From contig JBJHBM010000001.1 of assembly GCA_050485485.1 (NCBI GenBank), forward strand, positions 182,343 through 246,342: a stretch of DNA of 64,000 bases, read 5' to 3'. Position 1 is the first letter of the stretch; each line of letters starts with the position of its first letter. Below, in pieces: positions 1 through 10,962 of this stretch. Source of the DNA: Alphaproteobacteria bacterium (GTDB lineage Bacteria > Pseudomonadota > Alphaproteobacteria > SMXQ01). The notes beneath the pieces are model-generated. The model was not told the DNA's origin and did not search any database. It saw only the letters and a program-made list of their open reading frames with translations. The position numbers were made by a program, and so were the translations under genes.

Positions 1-1
1 G

Positions 2-429
<428 letters not shown>

Positions 430-430
<1 letters not shown>

Positions 431-768
431 TGATCCCCGCGACCCCCGGCGAATGGTACGTCTTCGCGGGACTCACCTGCGTGCTGTTCGGCGGCGCGTC
501 GTGGCTCACCGGCGCCGCGGTCGCCGGCACCTGGCGCCCGGCGTGGCAGGTGTTCACCTGGAGCTTGCTGCTCGCCGGCTTCGACCGCTTCCTGCATTAC
601 GCGCTGTTCGGCGGCGACCTCCTTTCGGTGGGCGGCGCGCTGCGGGACTACGCCGTGATCCTCGCGGTCGGGCTCGTGGCATGGCGCTTTACGCATGTGA
701 CGCGCATGGTGCTTCAGTATCCGTGGCTCTACCGCCGCACCGGGCCGTTCTCGTACCGCGAAAGGTAG
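430..768 (+). CDS. Small integral membrane protein of unknown function (about 3 hydrophobic segments)
   Basis: ATG overlaps the livF stop by 1 nt (TAATG). 112 aa with hydrophobic stretches YVFAGLTCVLFGGASWL, VFTWSLLLAGF and AVILAVGLVAW. GC3-rich codon usage matches neighbouring genes. Confidence 0.6.
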
Positions 769-849
769 AGCCGGCCGCGCTTGCCTCGGGCGGCGTAGGT
801 GCTACTCTTGCGTTCGTTCAGGGCCTTTATATCCAGTGGGGGAAATTTC

Positions 850-1962
850 ATGGCGCTTTTCCGCAGGATCGGAGCGGCCGCGGTCGCGGCCTTCATGCTC
901 GCCGGGTGCGGCGGACAGGACGGCGACGACATCATCATCGCCACGGCCGGGCCGATCACGGGCGAATACGCGTCCTTCGGCGAGCAGATGAAGGTCGGCG
1001 TCGAGCAGGCCGTGAAGGACATCAACGAGGCGGGCGGGGTGCTCGGCCGCAAGCTGCGCCTCGAGATCGCCGACGACCAGTGCGATCCGAAGCAGGCCGT
1101 GGCGGTCGCCAATCAGCTCGTCAACAAGCGGGTCGTGTTCGTGGCCGGTCATTTCTGCTCGGGCTCCTCGATCCCGGCATCGGAGGTCTACAGTAGCGAG
1201 AACGTGCTGATGATCTCGCCGGGCTCCACCAATCCGCGCTTCACCGAGCGCCGCCTCACCGGCGTCTATCGCGTGTGCGGCCGCGACGACCAGCAGGGCC
1301 AGGTCGCGGGCGACCTGATCGCGGACCGCTTCAACGGACGGCGCGTGGCCGTGGTTCACGACCGGCAGGCCTATTCCCAGGGCCTTGCCGAGGAGACCAT
1401 GAAGCAGCTCAAGGCGCGCGGCGTCGAGGTGGCGCTCACCGACACGGTCACGCCCAAGGAGAAGGACTATTCCGCGCTGGTGACGCGCCTCAAGAGCGCC
1501 AACATCGACGTGCTGTTCTACGGCGGCTACCATTCGGAAGCCGGGCTCATCATCCGCCAGATGCGCGAGCAGGGGATGAACACGCGGGTGATCGGCGGCG
1601 ACGCGCTGGTGACGCAGGAATTCTGGAGCATCACCGGGCCGCTCGGCAACGGCACGCTGATGTCGTTCAGCCCCGATCCGCGCCGCAACCCCGAGGCCGC
1701 GCCGGTGGTCGAGCGCATCCGCGCCGCGGGCCATTCGGCCGAGGGCTACACGCTCTACACCTACGGCGCGGTGCAGGTCTTCGTCGAGGCGGTCCGGCGC
1801 GCGGGCGAGGTGGACATGGCCAAGGTCCGCGAACAGCTCGCCACGGGCACCTTCAGGACCGTCCTGGGCGAGCTGAGCTTCGACGAGAAGGGCGACGTCA
1901 AGGCGCCGGGCTACGTCTTCTACGAGTGGAAGGACGGGGCCTACGATTACGCCCAGTTCTAA
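850..1962 (+). CDS. Leu/Ile/Val-type ABC transporter substrate-binding protein (LivK/LivJ family), lipoprotein-type signal
   Basis: Internal ATG at 850 follows GGGGGA. Signal peptide ends in LAGC. Family-typical segments include ATAGPITGEYASFGEQ and FVAGHFCSGSS. It sits next to livF. Confidence 0.85.
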   Translation: MALFRRIGAAAVAAFMLAGCGGQDGDDIIIATAGPITGEYASFGEQMKVGVEQAVKDINEAGGVLGRKLRLEIADDQCDPKQAVAVANQLVNKRVVFVAGHFCSGSSIPASEVYSSENVLMISPGSTNPRFTERRLTGVYRVCGRDDQQGQVAGDLIADRFNGRRVAVVHDRQAYSQGLAEETMKQLKARGVEVALTDTVTPKEKDYSALVTRLKSANIDVLFYGGYHSEAGLIIRQMREQGMNTRVIGGDALVTQEFWSITGPLGNGTLMSFSPDPRRNPEAAPVVERIRAAGHSAEGYTLYTYGAVQVFVEAVRRAGEVDMAKVREQLATGTFRTVLGELSFDEKGDVKAPGYVFYEWKDGAYDYAQF

Positions 1963-2149
1963 GGGATGGCCGTCGGCCCGGCCCCGGGCGGGTCGGGTCG
2001 GCGGTTTCCTTGGGCTTTCCGGGACCTTTCGGGATGGCAAACGGTACCTGTTGTGGCGGGCTGGCAAGGCCCACCGACATATGGTATTGACGCGGTCATG
2101 ACAGCCGTCGCAGCCGCGCCGCGAGCGGCGAGTTCCGGGAGGGATCGCG

Positions 2150-2620
2150 GTGCCGTCTGATACCGTCGCCATCGCCGCCGATCATGGCGGCTTCGAGCTG
2201 AAGGCTACCCTTTCGGCGGACCTTCGCGCGCGCGGGTACGAGGTGCTCGATTTCGGCACGAATTCCGGTGATTCGGTCGATTATCCCGACTATGCGGAGA
2301 TGGTGGCGGAGGCGGTCCGTGCCGGCCGCGCCGGGCGCGGCGTCCTGATCTGCGGCTCCGGCATCGGCATGTCGATCGCGGCCAACCGTTTCCCCGGAAT
2401 CCGCGCCGCCCTGGTCCACGACAATCTCTCCGCGCGCCTCTGCCGCCAGCACAACGACGCCAACGTGCTGTGCCTCGGCGGACGCCTGATCGGGCCCGAG
2501 GTCGCGCGCGACTGCCTGACCGCCTTTCTCGACACGCCGTTCGAGGGCGGGCGCCATGCGCGCCGCGTCGGCAAGCTCGAGAATTTTCCGACCAAAGCGA
2601 AACCCGAGGTCCGTTCCTGA
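2150..2620 (+). CDS. rpiB: Ribose-5-phosphate isomerase B
   Basis: GTG start follows GGGAGGGA. Translation has IAADHGG and [13 protein letters not shown] motifs typical of the RpiB/LacAB family. 156 aa. Confidence 0.9.
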   Translation: MPSDTVAIAADHGGFELKATLSADLRARGYEVLDFGTNSGDSVDYPDYAEMVAEAVRAGRAGRGVLICGSGIGMSIAANRFPGIRAALVHDNLSARLCRQHNDANVLCLGGRLIGPEVARDCLTAFLDTPFEGGRHARRVGKLENFPTKAKPEVRS

Positions 2621-3933
2621 TGTCCAACGTTTCCAAGTCCAGTACCGCGTCCGCGCAGGACGGCTTCTTCGGCGGCGCGCTCGCCGACCGCGATCCCGAG
2701 GTCCATGCCGCCGTCGCCGGGGAGCTTGCCCGCGAGCAGGACCAGATCGAGCTGATCGCTTCCGAAAACATCGTGAGCCGCGCCGTACTGGAGGCCCAGG
2801 GCTCGGTGCTCACCAACAAGTACGCGGAGGGCTATCCGGGCCGCCGCTACTACGGCGGCTGCGAGTTCGTGGACGTGGCCGAGACGCTCGCGATCGAGCG
2901 CGCCAAAAAGCTGTTCGGCTGCGCCTACGCCAACGTCCAGCCCCATTCGGGCTCCCAGGCCAACCAGCAGGTGTTCTTCGCCGTGCTCAAGCCGGGCGAC
3001 ACGTTCATGGGGATGTCGCTCGCGGCCGGAGGCCATCTCACGCACGGCGCCGCGCCCAACCAGTCCGGCAAGTGGTTCCATGCCGTCCAGTACGGCGTGC
3101 GCAAGCAGGACGCGCTAATCGACTTCGACGAGGTCGAGGCACTCGCGCGCGAGCACAGGCCGAAGCTGATTCTCGCGGGCGGCTCGGCCTATCCGCGCAT
3201 CATCGACTTTGCGCGCTTCCGCAAGATCGCCGACGAAGTCGGCGCGATCCTCATGGTGGACATGGCCCATTTCGCCGGGCTGGTGGCGGGGGGCGTGCAT
3301 CCCAATCCGCTCGATTGGGCGCATGTGGTCACGACCACCACCCACAAGACGCTGCGCGGTCCCCGCGGCGGCATGGTCCTCGCCAACGACGAGGAGCTCG
3401 GCAAGAAGATCAATTCCGCCGTGTTTCCGGGCACCCAGGGCGGGCCGCTGATGCACGTCATCGCGGGCAAGGCGGTGGCGTTCGGCGAGGCCCTGACCCC
3501 GGCTTTCCGCGACTACGCGAAGGCGGTGCGCGACAACGCCCGCGTGCTCGCCGACGCCTTGATGGCACAGGGATTGGACATCGTCTCGGGCGGCACCGAT
3601 ACGCACCTGATGCTGGTGGACCTGCGTCCCAAGGGACTGACCGGCAAGGCCGCCGAGGCGAGCCTCGAACGCGCCGGCATCACCTGCAACAAGAACGCGA
3701 TCCCGTTCGATCCCGAAAAGCCGTTCGTCACCTCCGGCGTCCGGCTCGGCACCCCGGCCGGCACCACGCGCGGCTTCGGCCCGGCGGAATGGCGCAGCAT
3801 CGGCGCATGGATCGGCGAGGTGCTGGACGGCCTCAGGGCGTCGCCCGACGACAACGGCAAGGTCGAAGCGGCGGTACGCGCCCGCGTTCTCGATCTGTGT
3901 AAGCGGTTTCCCATTTACCCGGACCAGAGATAG
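2620..3933 (+). CDS. glyA: Serine hydroxymethyltransferase
   Basis: ATG at 2620 overlaps the rpiB stop (TGATG). PLP-lysine motif [14 protein letters not shown] and full-length SHMT similarity. The upstream part of track ORF 2470 is out-of-gene read-through. Confidence 0.95.
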   Translation: MSNVSKSSTASAQDGFFGGALADRDPEVHAAVAGELAREQDQIELIASENIVSRAVLEAQGSVLTNKYAEGYPGRRYYGGCEFVDVAETLAIERAKKLFGCAYANVQPHSGSQANQQVFFAVLKPGDTFMGMSLAAGGHLTHGAAPNQSGKWFHAVQYGVRKQDALIDFDEVEALAREHRPKLILAGGSAYPRIIDFARFRKIADEVGAILMVDMAHFAGLVAGGVHPNPLDWAHVVTTTTHKTLRGPRGGMVLANDEELGKKINSAVFPGTQGGPLMHVIAGKAVAFGEALTPAFRDYAKAVRDNARVLADALMAQGLDIVSGGTDTHLMLVDLRPKGLTGKAAEASLERAGITCNKNAIPFDPEKPFVTSGVRLGTPAGTTRGFGPAEWRSIGAWIGEVLDGLRASPDDNGKVEAAVRARVLDLCKRFPIYPDQR

Positions 3934-3972
3934 GCCGACCAGAAACGAACGCCCGGCAAGGAGCTCCACGAC

Positions 3973-4434
3973 ATGCGCTGTCCGTTTTGCGGTCACGATG
4001 ATACGCAGGTGAAGGATTCGCGGCCCACCGAAGACGGCGCCGCCATCCGGCGTCGCCGCTTCTGCCCCGCGTGCGGTTCCCGCTGGACCACGTTCGAGCG
4101 CGTCCATCTGCGCGAGCTCGTCGTGGTCAAGTCGAGCGGCCATAAGGAGCCGTTCGACCGCGACAAGCTCGCGCGCTCGATCCGCATCGCGGTGCGCAAG
4201 CGTCCGGTGGACGAGGAGAAGGTGGAGCGCATCGTCAATTCGATCCAGCGCCGGCTGGAAACGCTGGGCGAAAGCGAGATTCCCTCCTCGCACATCGGCC
4301 AGCTCGTGATGGAGGCGCTTTCCAGCGTGGACCAGGTGGCCTACGTCCGGTTCGCCTCGGTCTATCGCAACTTCCGCGAAGCCAAGGACTTCGAGGAATT
4401 CCTGGGCACGCTGAGCGGTGGCGAGCGCGACTGA
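3973..4434 (+). CDS. nrdR: Transcriptional repressor NrdR
   Basis: N-terminal zinc ribbon MRCPFCG...[12 protein letters not shown] followed by an ATP-cone. 153 aa. Confidence 0.95.
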   Translation: MRCPFCGHDDTQVKDSRPTEDGAAIRRRRFCPACGSRWTTFERVHLRELVVVKSSGHKEPFDRDKLARSIRIAVRKRPVDEEKVERIVNSIQRRLETLGESEIPSSHIGQLVMEALSSVDQVAYVRFASVYRNFREAKDFEEFLGTLSGGERD

Positions 4435-5548
4435 CGCAACCGATCTCCGTTACATGCAGGCGGCGCTCGCGCTCGCGCGGCGGGCGCTCGGGCGCGTCCA
4501 TCCCAATCCGGCGGTAGGCTGCGTCATCGTTGCCGAGGACGGGGAAGTGGTCGGGCGCGGCTGGACCCAGCCCGGCGGCCGTCCCCATGCCGAGACCGAG
4601 GCCCTGGCCCGGGCCGGCACGCGGGCGCGCGGCGCCACCGCCTACGTCTCCCTGGAGCCCTGCTGCCATACCGGTAAGACCGGCCCCTGCGCCGATGCCC
4701 TGGCCGGCGCGGGCATCCGGCGCGTGGTGGCGGCGATCGAGGACCCGGATCCGCGCGTCGCCGGCGGCGGCATGGCACGCCTCAAGGCGGCCGGGATCGA
4801 GACGCGCATCGGCGTGTGCCGCGGCGACGCGGAGCGGCTCAACGCCGGCTTCATCAAGCGGGTGACGCTCGGCCGTCCGCTCGTCACCCTCAAGCTCGCC
4901 ACCACCCTCGACGGCCGGGTGGCCACGCGCACGGGGGAGAGCCAGTGGATCACGGGCGAAACCGCGCGCGCCTGGGGCCATGCGCTGCGCGCGAGCCACG
5001 ACGCCGCCGTGACCGGCTCCTCCACCGTGCGCGCCGACGATCCCGACCTGACCTGCCGCCTGCCGGGCATGGCGGCGGCATCGCCGATCCGCGTGGTCAT
5101 GGATTCGCGGCTCACCTTGCCGCTCACCTCCCGCATCGCCGCCACGGCCGACCGGCGGCCGACCTGGATCGTGACATGCGTGGGGGCGGACGAAGCGCGC
5201 CGCGCCGCGTTTCTCGATCTCGGCATCGAGGTGATCGAGGTGCCGGTAGGAGAGGGCGGCCGTCCCGACGTGAAAGCCACCCTCAAAGAGCTCGCGGCGC
5301 GCGGTCTCACCCGCGTCATGGTCGAGGGCGGGCCGCACATCGTCGCGACCTTCCTGCGCGCCCGCATGGTGGACCGGATCGCCTGGTTCCGGGCCCCCGA
5401 CGTGATCGGCGGAGACGGCCTCCCCGTGGCTCATGCGTTCGGGGTGGACGGGCTCGCGCAGATGGCGACGTTCGTCCGAGTGCGGGCGATTCCCTGCGGG
5501 CGCGACGTGCTGGAGCTTTATGAGCCCGGCACCCGCTCCGAAAGCTGA
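4418..5548 (+). CDS. ribD: Bifunctional riboflavin biosynthesis protein RibD (pyrimidine deaminase / uracil reductase)
   Basis: Deaminase zinc motifs HAETEAL and [11 protein letters not shown], with a C-terminal reductase domain. GTG at 4418 overlaps nrdR by 17 nt; the alternative start is ATG 4454. Confidence 0.9.
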   Translation: MASATDATDLRYMQAALALARRALGRVHPNPAVGCVIVAEDGEVVGRGWTQPGGRPHAETEALARAGTRARGATAYVSLEPCCHTGKTGPCADALAGAGIRRVVAAIEDPDPRVAGGGMARLKAAGIETRIGVCRGDAERLNAGFIKRVTLGRPLVTLKLATTLDGRVATRTGESQWITGETARAWGHALRASHDAAVTGSSTVRADDPDLTCRLPGMAAASPIRVVMDSRLTLPLTSRIAATADRRPTWIVTCVGADEARRAAFLDLGIEVIEVPVGEGGRPDVKATLKELAARGLTRVMVEGGPHIVATFLRARMVDRIAWFRAPDVIGGDGLPVAHAFGVDGLAQMATFVRVRAIPCGRDVLELYEPGTRSES

Positions 5549-5573
5549 GAGGACCGGGAGGAAGGCGTAGATC

Positions 5574-6179
5574 ATGTTCACCGGCATCGTCACCGACGTG
5601 GGGGAAGTGCGGCGCGTGGTTCCGGGCAGCGACACGCGCATCGAGATCGCCTGCGCCTACGATCCGGACGGCATCGCGATCGGGGCCTCGATCGCCTGTT
5701 CGGGGCCGTGTCTCACGGTCGTCGGGAAGGGACGGAGCGACGGCCGGGCCTGGTTCGCGGTGGAGGCTTCGCCGGAAACGATGAAGCGCACCACCATCGG
5801 CCGCTGGCGGCCCGGCACCCGCGTCAACCTGGAGCGCGCGTTGAAGGCGGGCGACGAGTTGGGAGGGCACATCGTCTCGGGCCATGTGGACGGTACCGCG
5901 GAGGCGGTCGTGCGTGCCCCGGAGGGCGGGGAAGGGGGCTCGGTGCGGTTCGTCTTTCGCGCCCCCGGCGATCTCGCCCGCTTCATCGCCGCCAAGGGCT
6001 CGGTGACGCTCGACGGGGTTTCGCTGACCGTCAACGAGGCGTCCGGCACCGAGTTCGCGGTCAACGTCATCCCCCATACCCTGGCCCATACCACGCTCGG
6101 CGCGGTGCGGCCGGGGGACGTCCTCAACCTCGAGATCGACATGCTGGCGCGCTACGTCGCGCGTCTCGCCGAAGGCTGA
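5574..6179 (+). CDS. ribE: Riboflavin synthase (alpha chain)
   Basis: Starts MFTGIV. Internally duplicated lumazine-binding repeats, each ending in a VNLE-like motif. 201 aa. Confidence 0.9.
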   Translation: MFTGIVTDVGEVRRVVPGSDTRIEIACAYDPDGIAIGASIACSGPCLTVVGKGRSDGRAWFAVEASPETMKRTTIGRWRPGTRVNLERALKAGDELGGHIVSGHVDGTAEAVVRAPEGGEGGSVRFVFRAPGDLARFIAAKGSVTLDGVSLTVNEASGTEFAVNVIPHTLAHTTLGAVRPGDVLNLEIDMLARYVARLAEG

Positions 6180-6304
6180 GCCCGGCCGCGCGGCGCCGGC
6201 GCCGCCCGACGTGCCCCTTGGCGCGCGCCGGCTTATGGGGCTATGTTCGGCGCTTCGCGCGGCTTGCGCTCGGGCCGCGCGCACCGTTCGCCAGGGAAGA
6301 CTCC

Positions 6305-6772
6305 ATGCCGCGCCAGCCCCACGTCCAGCCTCATGTGATGATCGTCGAGGCCCGTTTCTACCAGGACATCGCCGACGAGCTGGTGAAGGGCGCCGTGGCG
6401 GCGCTGGAGGCGGCGGGCGCCACCTGGGAGCGTTTCGCGGTGCCGGGCGCGTTCGAGATTCCGGGCGCGATCCGACTGGCGCTCGACGCCAAGGGCAAGG
6501 ACGGGGGGGCGCGCTTCGACGGCTACGTCGCGCTCGGCTGCGTGATCCGGGGCGAGACCACCCATTACGACTACGTCTGCGGGGAATCGGCGCGCGGCCT
6601 TCAGGACCTCGCGCTGCGCCACAAGGCCTGCATCGGCTACGGCATCCTCACGGTCGAGAACCGCGAGCAGGCGATGGTGCGCGCCGACGGACGCAAGAGC
6701 GTGAAAGGCAGGGACGCGGTCGAGGCCTGCCTCGCCATGATCGCCCTGCGCGATGCGTTCGGCGGTGCGTGA
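6305..6772 (+). CDS. ribH: 6,7-dimethyl-8-ribityllumazine synthase
   Basis: Internal ATG at 6305 of track ORF 5708..6772. Motifs VPGAFEIP and LGCVIRGETTHYDYV. Confidence 0.85.
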   Translation: MPRQPHVQPHVMIVEARFYQDIADELVKGAVAALEAAGATWERFAVPGAFEIPGAIRLALDAKGKDGGARFDGYVALGCVIRGETTHYDYVCGESARGLQDLALRHKACIGYGILTVENREQAMVRADGRKSVKGRDAVEACLAMIALRDAFGGA

Positions 6773-6776
6773 GGCG

Positions 6777-7292
6777 ATGAACGGCACGGCGGAGCGCAAG
6801 GGCGTCGCGGCCACGGCCGGCAACCGCCGCTCGGCGGCGCGGCTCGCCGCGGTGCAGGCGCTCTACCAGATGCAGCTTTCCGGCGTGACCGCCGAGGAGG
6901 CCATCGCCCAGTTCACCGCGGGGCACGCGGCCTCTCCGGTCTCCGACGAGGAGGACGGCGCCGAGGCCCTGCCGCCGCTGGAGCCGGGCCTGTTCGGCGC
7001 GATCGTGCGCGGCGTGTCGGGCGGCCGTGCCCGTTTCGACGGGATGATCGCGGGCGCGCTCACGACCGACTGGACCGTGGAGCGGCTCCAGATCCTGGTG
7101 CGGCTGATCCTCGAGGCCGGGGTGTTCGAGCTGACCGAGCGCACCGACGTGCCGCCGCGCGTCGCCATCAACGAATACGTCAATCTTGCCCATGCCTTCT
7201 TCGACGGTGCCGAGCCCGGCCTCGTCAACGGCGTGCTCGATGCCGTCGCAAAGTCGTACCGCGGCGACGAGATGACGCGGACGCGGGGCTGA
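6777..7292 (+). CDS. nusB: Transcription antitermination factor NusB
   Basis: RSAARLAAVQALYQM N-terminus and a NusB-like helical core. Canonical ribH-nusB-thiL order. Confidence 0.85.
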   Translation: MNGTAERKGVAATAGNRRSAARLAAVQALYQMQLSGVTAEEAIAQFTAGHAASPVSDEEDGAEALPPLEPGLFGAIVRGVSGGRARFDGMIAGALTTDWTVERLQILVRLILEAGVFELTERTDVPPRVAINEYVNLAHAFFDGAEPGLVNGVLDAVAKSYRGDEMTRTRG

Positions 7293-7301
7293 GGGCAGAT
7301 C

Positions 7302-8288
7302 ATGCCGATGGACGAGTTCGGATTGATCGCCCGACATTTCGCGCCCATCGCCGCCGCCGAGCCGGGCGCGCTCGGCCTCCTCGACGACGCCGCGGTGCTG
7401 GGACTCGCGCCCGGGACCAGGCTGGTCGTCACCACCGACGCGCTGGTGGCGGGCGTCCATTTCTTTCCCGGCGATCCGCCGGGCGACATCGCCCGCAAGC
7501 TGATGCGCGTCAACCTTTCCGACCTCGCGGCGATGGGCGCGCGGCCGCGCGCGGTGCTGCTCGCGGCGGTGCTGCCGCGCGACACCGACGATGCCTGGCT
7601 CGCCGCCTTCGCCGAGGGGCTGGCGGCCGACGCCGCGACCTTCTCCGCCCCGCTGGTGGGCGGCGACACCGTCGCCACCGACGGTCCGCTCACGCTCTCG
7701 CTCACCGCGCTCGGAGAGATCGAGGGCGCGCCGCTGCTGCGTTCGGGGGCGCGGGCGGGGGACGACATCTATGTCTCGGGGACCATCGGCGACGCGGCGC
7801 TCGGCTACATCATCCTCGACGGGCAGGATTTCGGCTGCGACGCCGAGACCCTGGCGCCGCTGGTGGCGCGCTACCTGGTGCCGGAGCCGCGCCTCGCGCT
7901 CGGCCGCGCGCTCGCCGCCGAAGGGCTCGCCCATGCCTGCATCGACGTTTCCGACGGGCTGCTCGCCGATCTCGCGCATGTCGCCGAGTGCTCGGGCCTC
8001 GGCGCCGAGATCGCGGCGGCGGCGGTGCCGCTGTCGCCGCTCGCGCGTCGGCTGGTGGCGGAGCGTCCCGAGCTGATGACCGACGTGCTGACCGGCGGCG
8101 ACGACTACGAGCTGTGCTTCACGGCCTCGCCCGCGTCGCGCGCGCGGATCGAGGCCGCGGCGGCCTCGGTGGGCGTGCCGGTCGCCCGGATCGGGCTGAT
8201 GGGGCCGGGAAAGGGGGTCGCCGTGGGCGACGCCGAGGCCCTCGGGATCGAGCTCAACGCACTAGGATTCAAGCACTTTCTGGAGTAG
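7302..8288 (+). CDS. thiL: Thiamine-monophosphate kinase
   Basis: PurM/AIR-synthase-like fold with DDAAVL, TTDALVAGVHF and GGDDYEL motifs. 328 aa. Confidence 0.85.
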   Translation: MPMDEFGLIARHFAPIAAAEPGALGLLDDAAVLGLAPGTRLVVTTDALVAGVHFFPGDPPGDIARKLMRVNLSDLAAMGARPRAVLLAAVLPRDTDDAWLAAFAEGLAADAATFSAPLVGGDTVATDGPLTLSLTALGEIEGAPLLRSGARAGDDIYVSGTIGDAALGYIILDGQDFGCDAETLAPLVARYLVPEPRLALGRALAAEGLAHACIDVSDGLLADLAHVAECSGLGAEIAAAAVPLSPLARRLVAERPELMTDVLTGGDDYELCFTASPASRARIEAAAASVGVPVARIGLMGPGKGVAVGDAEALGIELNALGFKHFLE

Positions 8289-8388
8289 GGGGCGTGCCTG
8301 CATGCCACGTATGCCTGTAATGCATTTGTCTCTTCACAGCCGATGAATTAACAGCTTTCATGCGCACTTTCGCTGTCGGGGCTTTTTC

Positions 8389-8943
8389 ATGATTGCGATG
8401 CAGTACACCATCCGGTTGGCCGGCGATTACGACCTCAAGCTTCTCCGTGACCGCGTCACCCGCCGAAAACCCCTGTTCGATGGTCTCAAGGGGTTGGTGC
8501 ACAAGACCTACATGTTCGATCCGGAACAAGCCGTCTACGCGCCGTTCTACGTCTGGGAGAGCGACGAGGCCGCCCGCGCCTTCCTCCTGGGCGACCTGTT
8601 CCGCGACGTGGTCGTCACCTTCGGCCGGCCGCGCGTGCGCATGTGGAACGTCCTGCTGTTCGGCGGCGAGCCCCACGAGAGCCCGCCCCAGCTCGCCGTC
8701 AAGGAGCATGACGTCATCCCGGCGGAGCAGGGGCTCGCCGAACTGATGGAGGCGGAGCAGGCGCTCCACGAGCGCGCCATGAAGACCGAGGGGCTCTGTT
8801 ACCATCTGTCCGCCATAGACCCCGACCGATGGGAGATCATGCGATATTCGGTCTGGTGCGACCCCCGGCAAGTCCAGAAATGCGACGCCGACGCCGTCGA
8901 AAGCTTCAATATCCTCCAGCTTTGCGAGCCCGAAAGGGTCTGA
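8389..8943 (+). CDS. DUF4865-like protein of unknown function
   Basis: 184 aa. The N-terminus MIAMQYTIRLAGDYDL... and YAPFYVWESDEAARAFL resemble the DUF4865 family from memory. The upstream spacer is lower in GC. Confidence 0.55.
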   Translation: MIAMQYTIRLAGDYDLKLLRDRVTRRKPLFDGLKGLVHKTYMFDPEQAVYAPFYVWESDEAARAFLLGDLFRDVVVTFGRPRVRMWNVLLFGGEPHESPPQLAVKEHDVIPAEQGLAELMEAEQALHERAMKTEGLCYHLSAIDPDRWEIMRYSVWCDPRQVQKCDADAVESFNILQLCEPERV

Positions 8944-9045
8944 ACGGCCCTTCCATTCCCTCCGAAACGCTCGCTTTACCCAATCTTTAGACACCCCGGG
9001 CATCCTCCTTGGGCCGTACAGACGGCCTCGAACCGGGAGGAAACC

Positions 9046-9498
9046 TTGGCAAACGCGGCCTTCCGCCTCGCCGGCGCGCTCGCCCTCGCGGCCTTTGCCG
9101 CCGCTTCCGCCGCCGCGCAGGCCCCCGAATCCGCTTCCGGCGGCGCCGACTGGTTCGGAAACGAGCGCGTGCAGTTCTTCCGCCTCGCGCCCTTCAGCAT
9201 CCCGGTGGTCCGCGACGGCCGCCTGCTCCGCCAGGTCAGCCTCACGGTCACGCTGGAAACCGGCAACGTGTCCCAGCGCAACAAGGTGATCGAGCGGCGC
9301 CTTGCGCTGCAGAACGCGTTCCTGAAGGACCTCTATGCGGTGCTGGCGCTGCACGACGGCGAGGACGGCCGCGCGCTCAATCTCGACACCGTGAAGGTCC
9401 GCCTGCGCCGGGTCGCGGACGGCGTGCTGGGGCCGGGCATCGCCCGCGACATCCTGATCGAATCGGTTCACGTCCGTCGCTTCCCCCAGGAAGGCTAG
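9046..9498 (+). CDS. Secreted protein of unknown function with FliL-like sequence pattern
   Basis: TTG start 5 nt after GGGAGGA. Cleavable signal peptide ending AAASAAAQA. The core FFRLAPFSIPVV..RQVSLTVTLE..LKDLY resembles the FliL domain layout. Confidence 0.5.
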   Translation: MANAAFRLAGALALAAFAAASAAAQAPESASGGADWFGNERVQFFRLAPFSIPVVRDGRLLRQVSLTVTLETGNVSQRNKVIERRLALQNAFLKDLYAVLALHDGEDGRALNLDTVKVRLRRVADGVLGPGIARDILIESVHVRRFPQEG

Positions 9499-9549
9499 GC
9501 ACGCGATTCGGCCGATGCCTTTCGCATCGGAAAGGTCTAGCTTGGCGCC

Positions 9550-10734
9550 ATGATGCCGCCCCTCATGCGTCGCAACGTCCTGCTGCTTTCCCTGTGCCAG
9601 GCTCTGTTCATGACCGGGACCTCGATGGTCATCACGGTGACGGCGCTCGCGGGCGCGCTGTGCGCGCCGGTTCCCGGTCTGGCCACCTTGCCCCTGTCGC
9701 TGCAGTTCGTCGCCACCATGGCGACGACCGTGCCGGCCTCCTTCGTCATGCGCCGTTTCGGGCGCCGCGCGGGATTCCTGACCGGCGCCGCGTTCGGGGG
9801 ACTCGGCGGCGCGATCAACGTCTTCGCCATGCTCGAAGGCGATTTCGTCCTGCTGTGCATCGGCTCGGCGCTGATCGGCGTGCTCAACGGCTTTTCCAGC
9901 TACTACCGCTTCGCCGCCGCGGACGCGGCCGACGAGGAGAACCGCGCCCGCGCGATCTCCCTGGTGATGGCAGGCGGCGTGATTGCCGCTTTCACCGGCC
10001 CCAATCTCGCACGCTTCACGGCGGAGATGATTGCGGGCGGCACCTTCGCCGGCACCTTCGCCGCGCTCGCAGCGCTTCAGGTCGTGACCGCGCTGCTGCT
10101 CGCCTTCGTCGTGATCCCGAGGCTTACGGCGGCGGAGCGCAAGGAGCAGGGGCGTCCCGTCGGCGAAATCCTGCGGCATCCCACGGCGCTAGTCGCCATC
10201 ATCGGCGGCGTCGCCGGCTACAGCGCCATGACGCTGGTGATGACGGCGACACCGCTTGCCGTCATCGGCCACGACTTCCGACTCGCCGACGCCGCCTTCA
10301 TCATCCAGTGGCACGTGTTCGCCATGTTCGCGCCGTCGTTCTTCACCGGCTCCCTGATCAAGCGCTTCGGCGCGGTGCCGGTGATCGCGACCGGCGCCCT
10401 CGCGATCCTCGGTTGTGCCGCCGTCAACCTGCAGGGGACGAGCATCGCCCATTTCACGCTCGCCCTGGTTCTCCTAGGGGTGGGGTGGAACTTCATGTTC
10501 GTCGGCAGCACCGCCCTGCTGTCGGCGGCGGTGGCGCGGCCGGAGCAGGCCAAGATGCAGGGCCTCAACGATTTCCTCGTGTTCGGCGCGGTGGCGCTGG
10601 CATCCCTGTCGTCGGGGGCGCTCCAGCAGGACTTGGGGTGGCAGGCGGTCAATATTGGCGCCGTCCCCGGAGTTTCCCTCGCGCTTGCCGCGGCCCTTTG
10701 GCTGGCGCTCCGCCGTCCCGCCCATGCGGGCTGA
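9550..10734 (+). CDS. MFS transporter
   Basis: 394 aa with about 12 hydrophobic segments and an MFS-type loop motif (MRRFGRRAGF) after TM2. Confidence 0.8.
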   Translation: MMPPLMRRNVLLLSLCQALFMTGTSMVITVTALAGALCAPVPGLATLPLSLQFVATMATTVPASFVMRRFGRRAGFLTGAAFGGLGGAINVFAMLEGDFVLLCIGSALIGVLNGFSSYYRFAAADAADEENRARAISLVMAGGVIAAFTGPNLARFTAEMIAGGTFAGTFAALAALQVVTALLLAFVVIPRLTAAERKEQGRPVGEILRHPTALVAIIGGVAGYSAMTLVMTATPLAVIGHDFRLADAAFIIQWHVFAMFAPSFFTGSLIKRFGAVPVIATGALAILGCAAVNLQGTSIAHFTLALVLLGVGWNFMFVGSTALLSAAVARPEQAKMQGLNDFLVFGAVALASLSSGALQQDLGWQAVNIGAVPGVSLALAAALWLALRRPAHAG

Positions 10735-10962
10735 CGGGCGCCGTGACCTGTAAAAAACGCGATTCGGTCGTGAATCCGGGACCTTGCGAGGCCGCTTGGC
10801 CCCGACGAGCCGGGTTGCGTCCGGCGGGGACTTCTGGCATGTTCCGCCCACTTTTCCGAGGCCCCCCAGCCAGGCGCCACAGTGCCAAGACGCCGTCGGG
10901 CGCGGTTCCGGGCCTTTATTTTCGCTTCGACATCCCGAACAAGTTTCAGGGGGAATGACCAG

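Noticed and set aside
1963-2149. Possible ZTP/pfl-type or other riboswitch upstream of rpiB-glyA
   Set aside because: No match to the conserved pfl core that I could see. glyA is directly coupled to rpiB with no leader of its own.
802-2172. 456-aa ORF antisense to the LivK-like gene. Similar long ORFs occur at 8269..10179, 9009..10958, 10474..12075, 28661..30133, 43225..44922, 45915..47693 and 62075..63865 / 62218..63942.
   Set aside because: They are Arg/Gly/Pro/Ala-rich translations with no recognisable motifs. Each lies antisense or out of frame to an ORF with clear family signatures. This is the expected artefact of roughly 68% GC DNA with few stop codons in the off frames.
3934-6304. 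FMN (RFN) riboswitch in the rib cluster
   Set aside because: The spacers are short (39, 25 and 125 bp), and none shows the conserved RFN segments.
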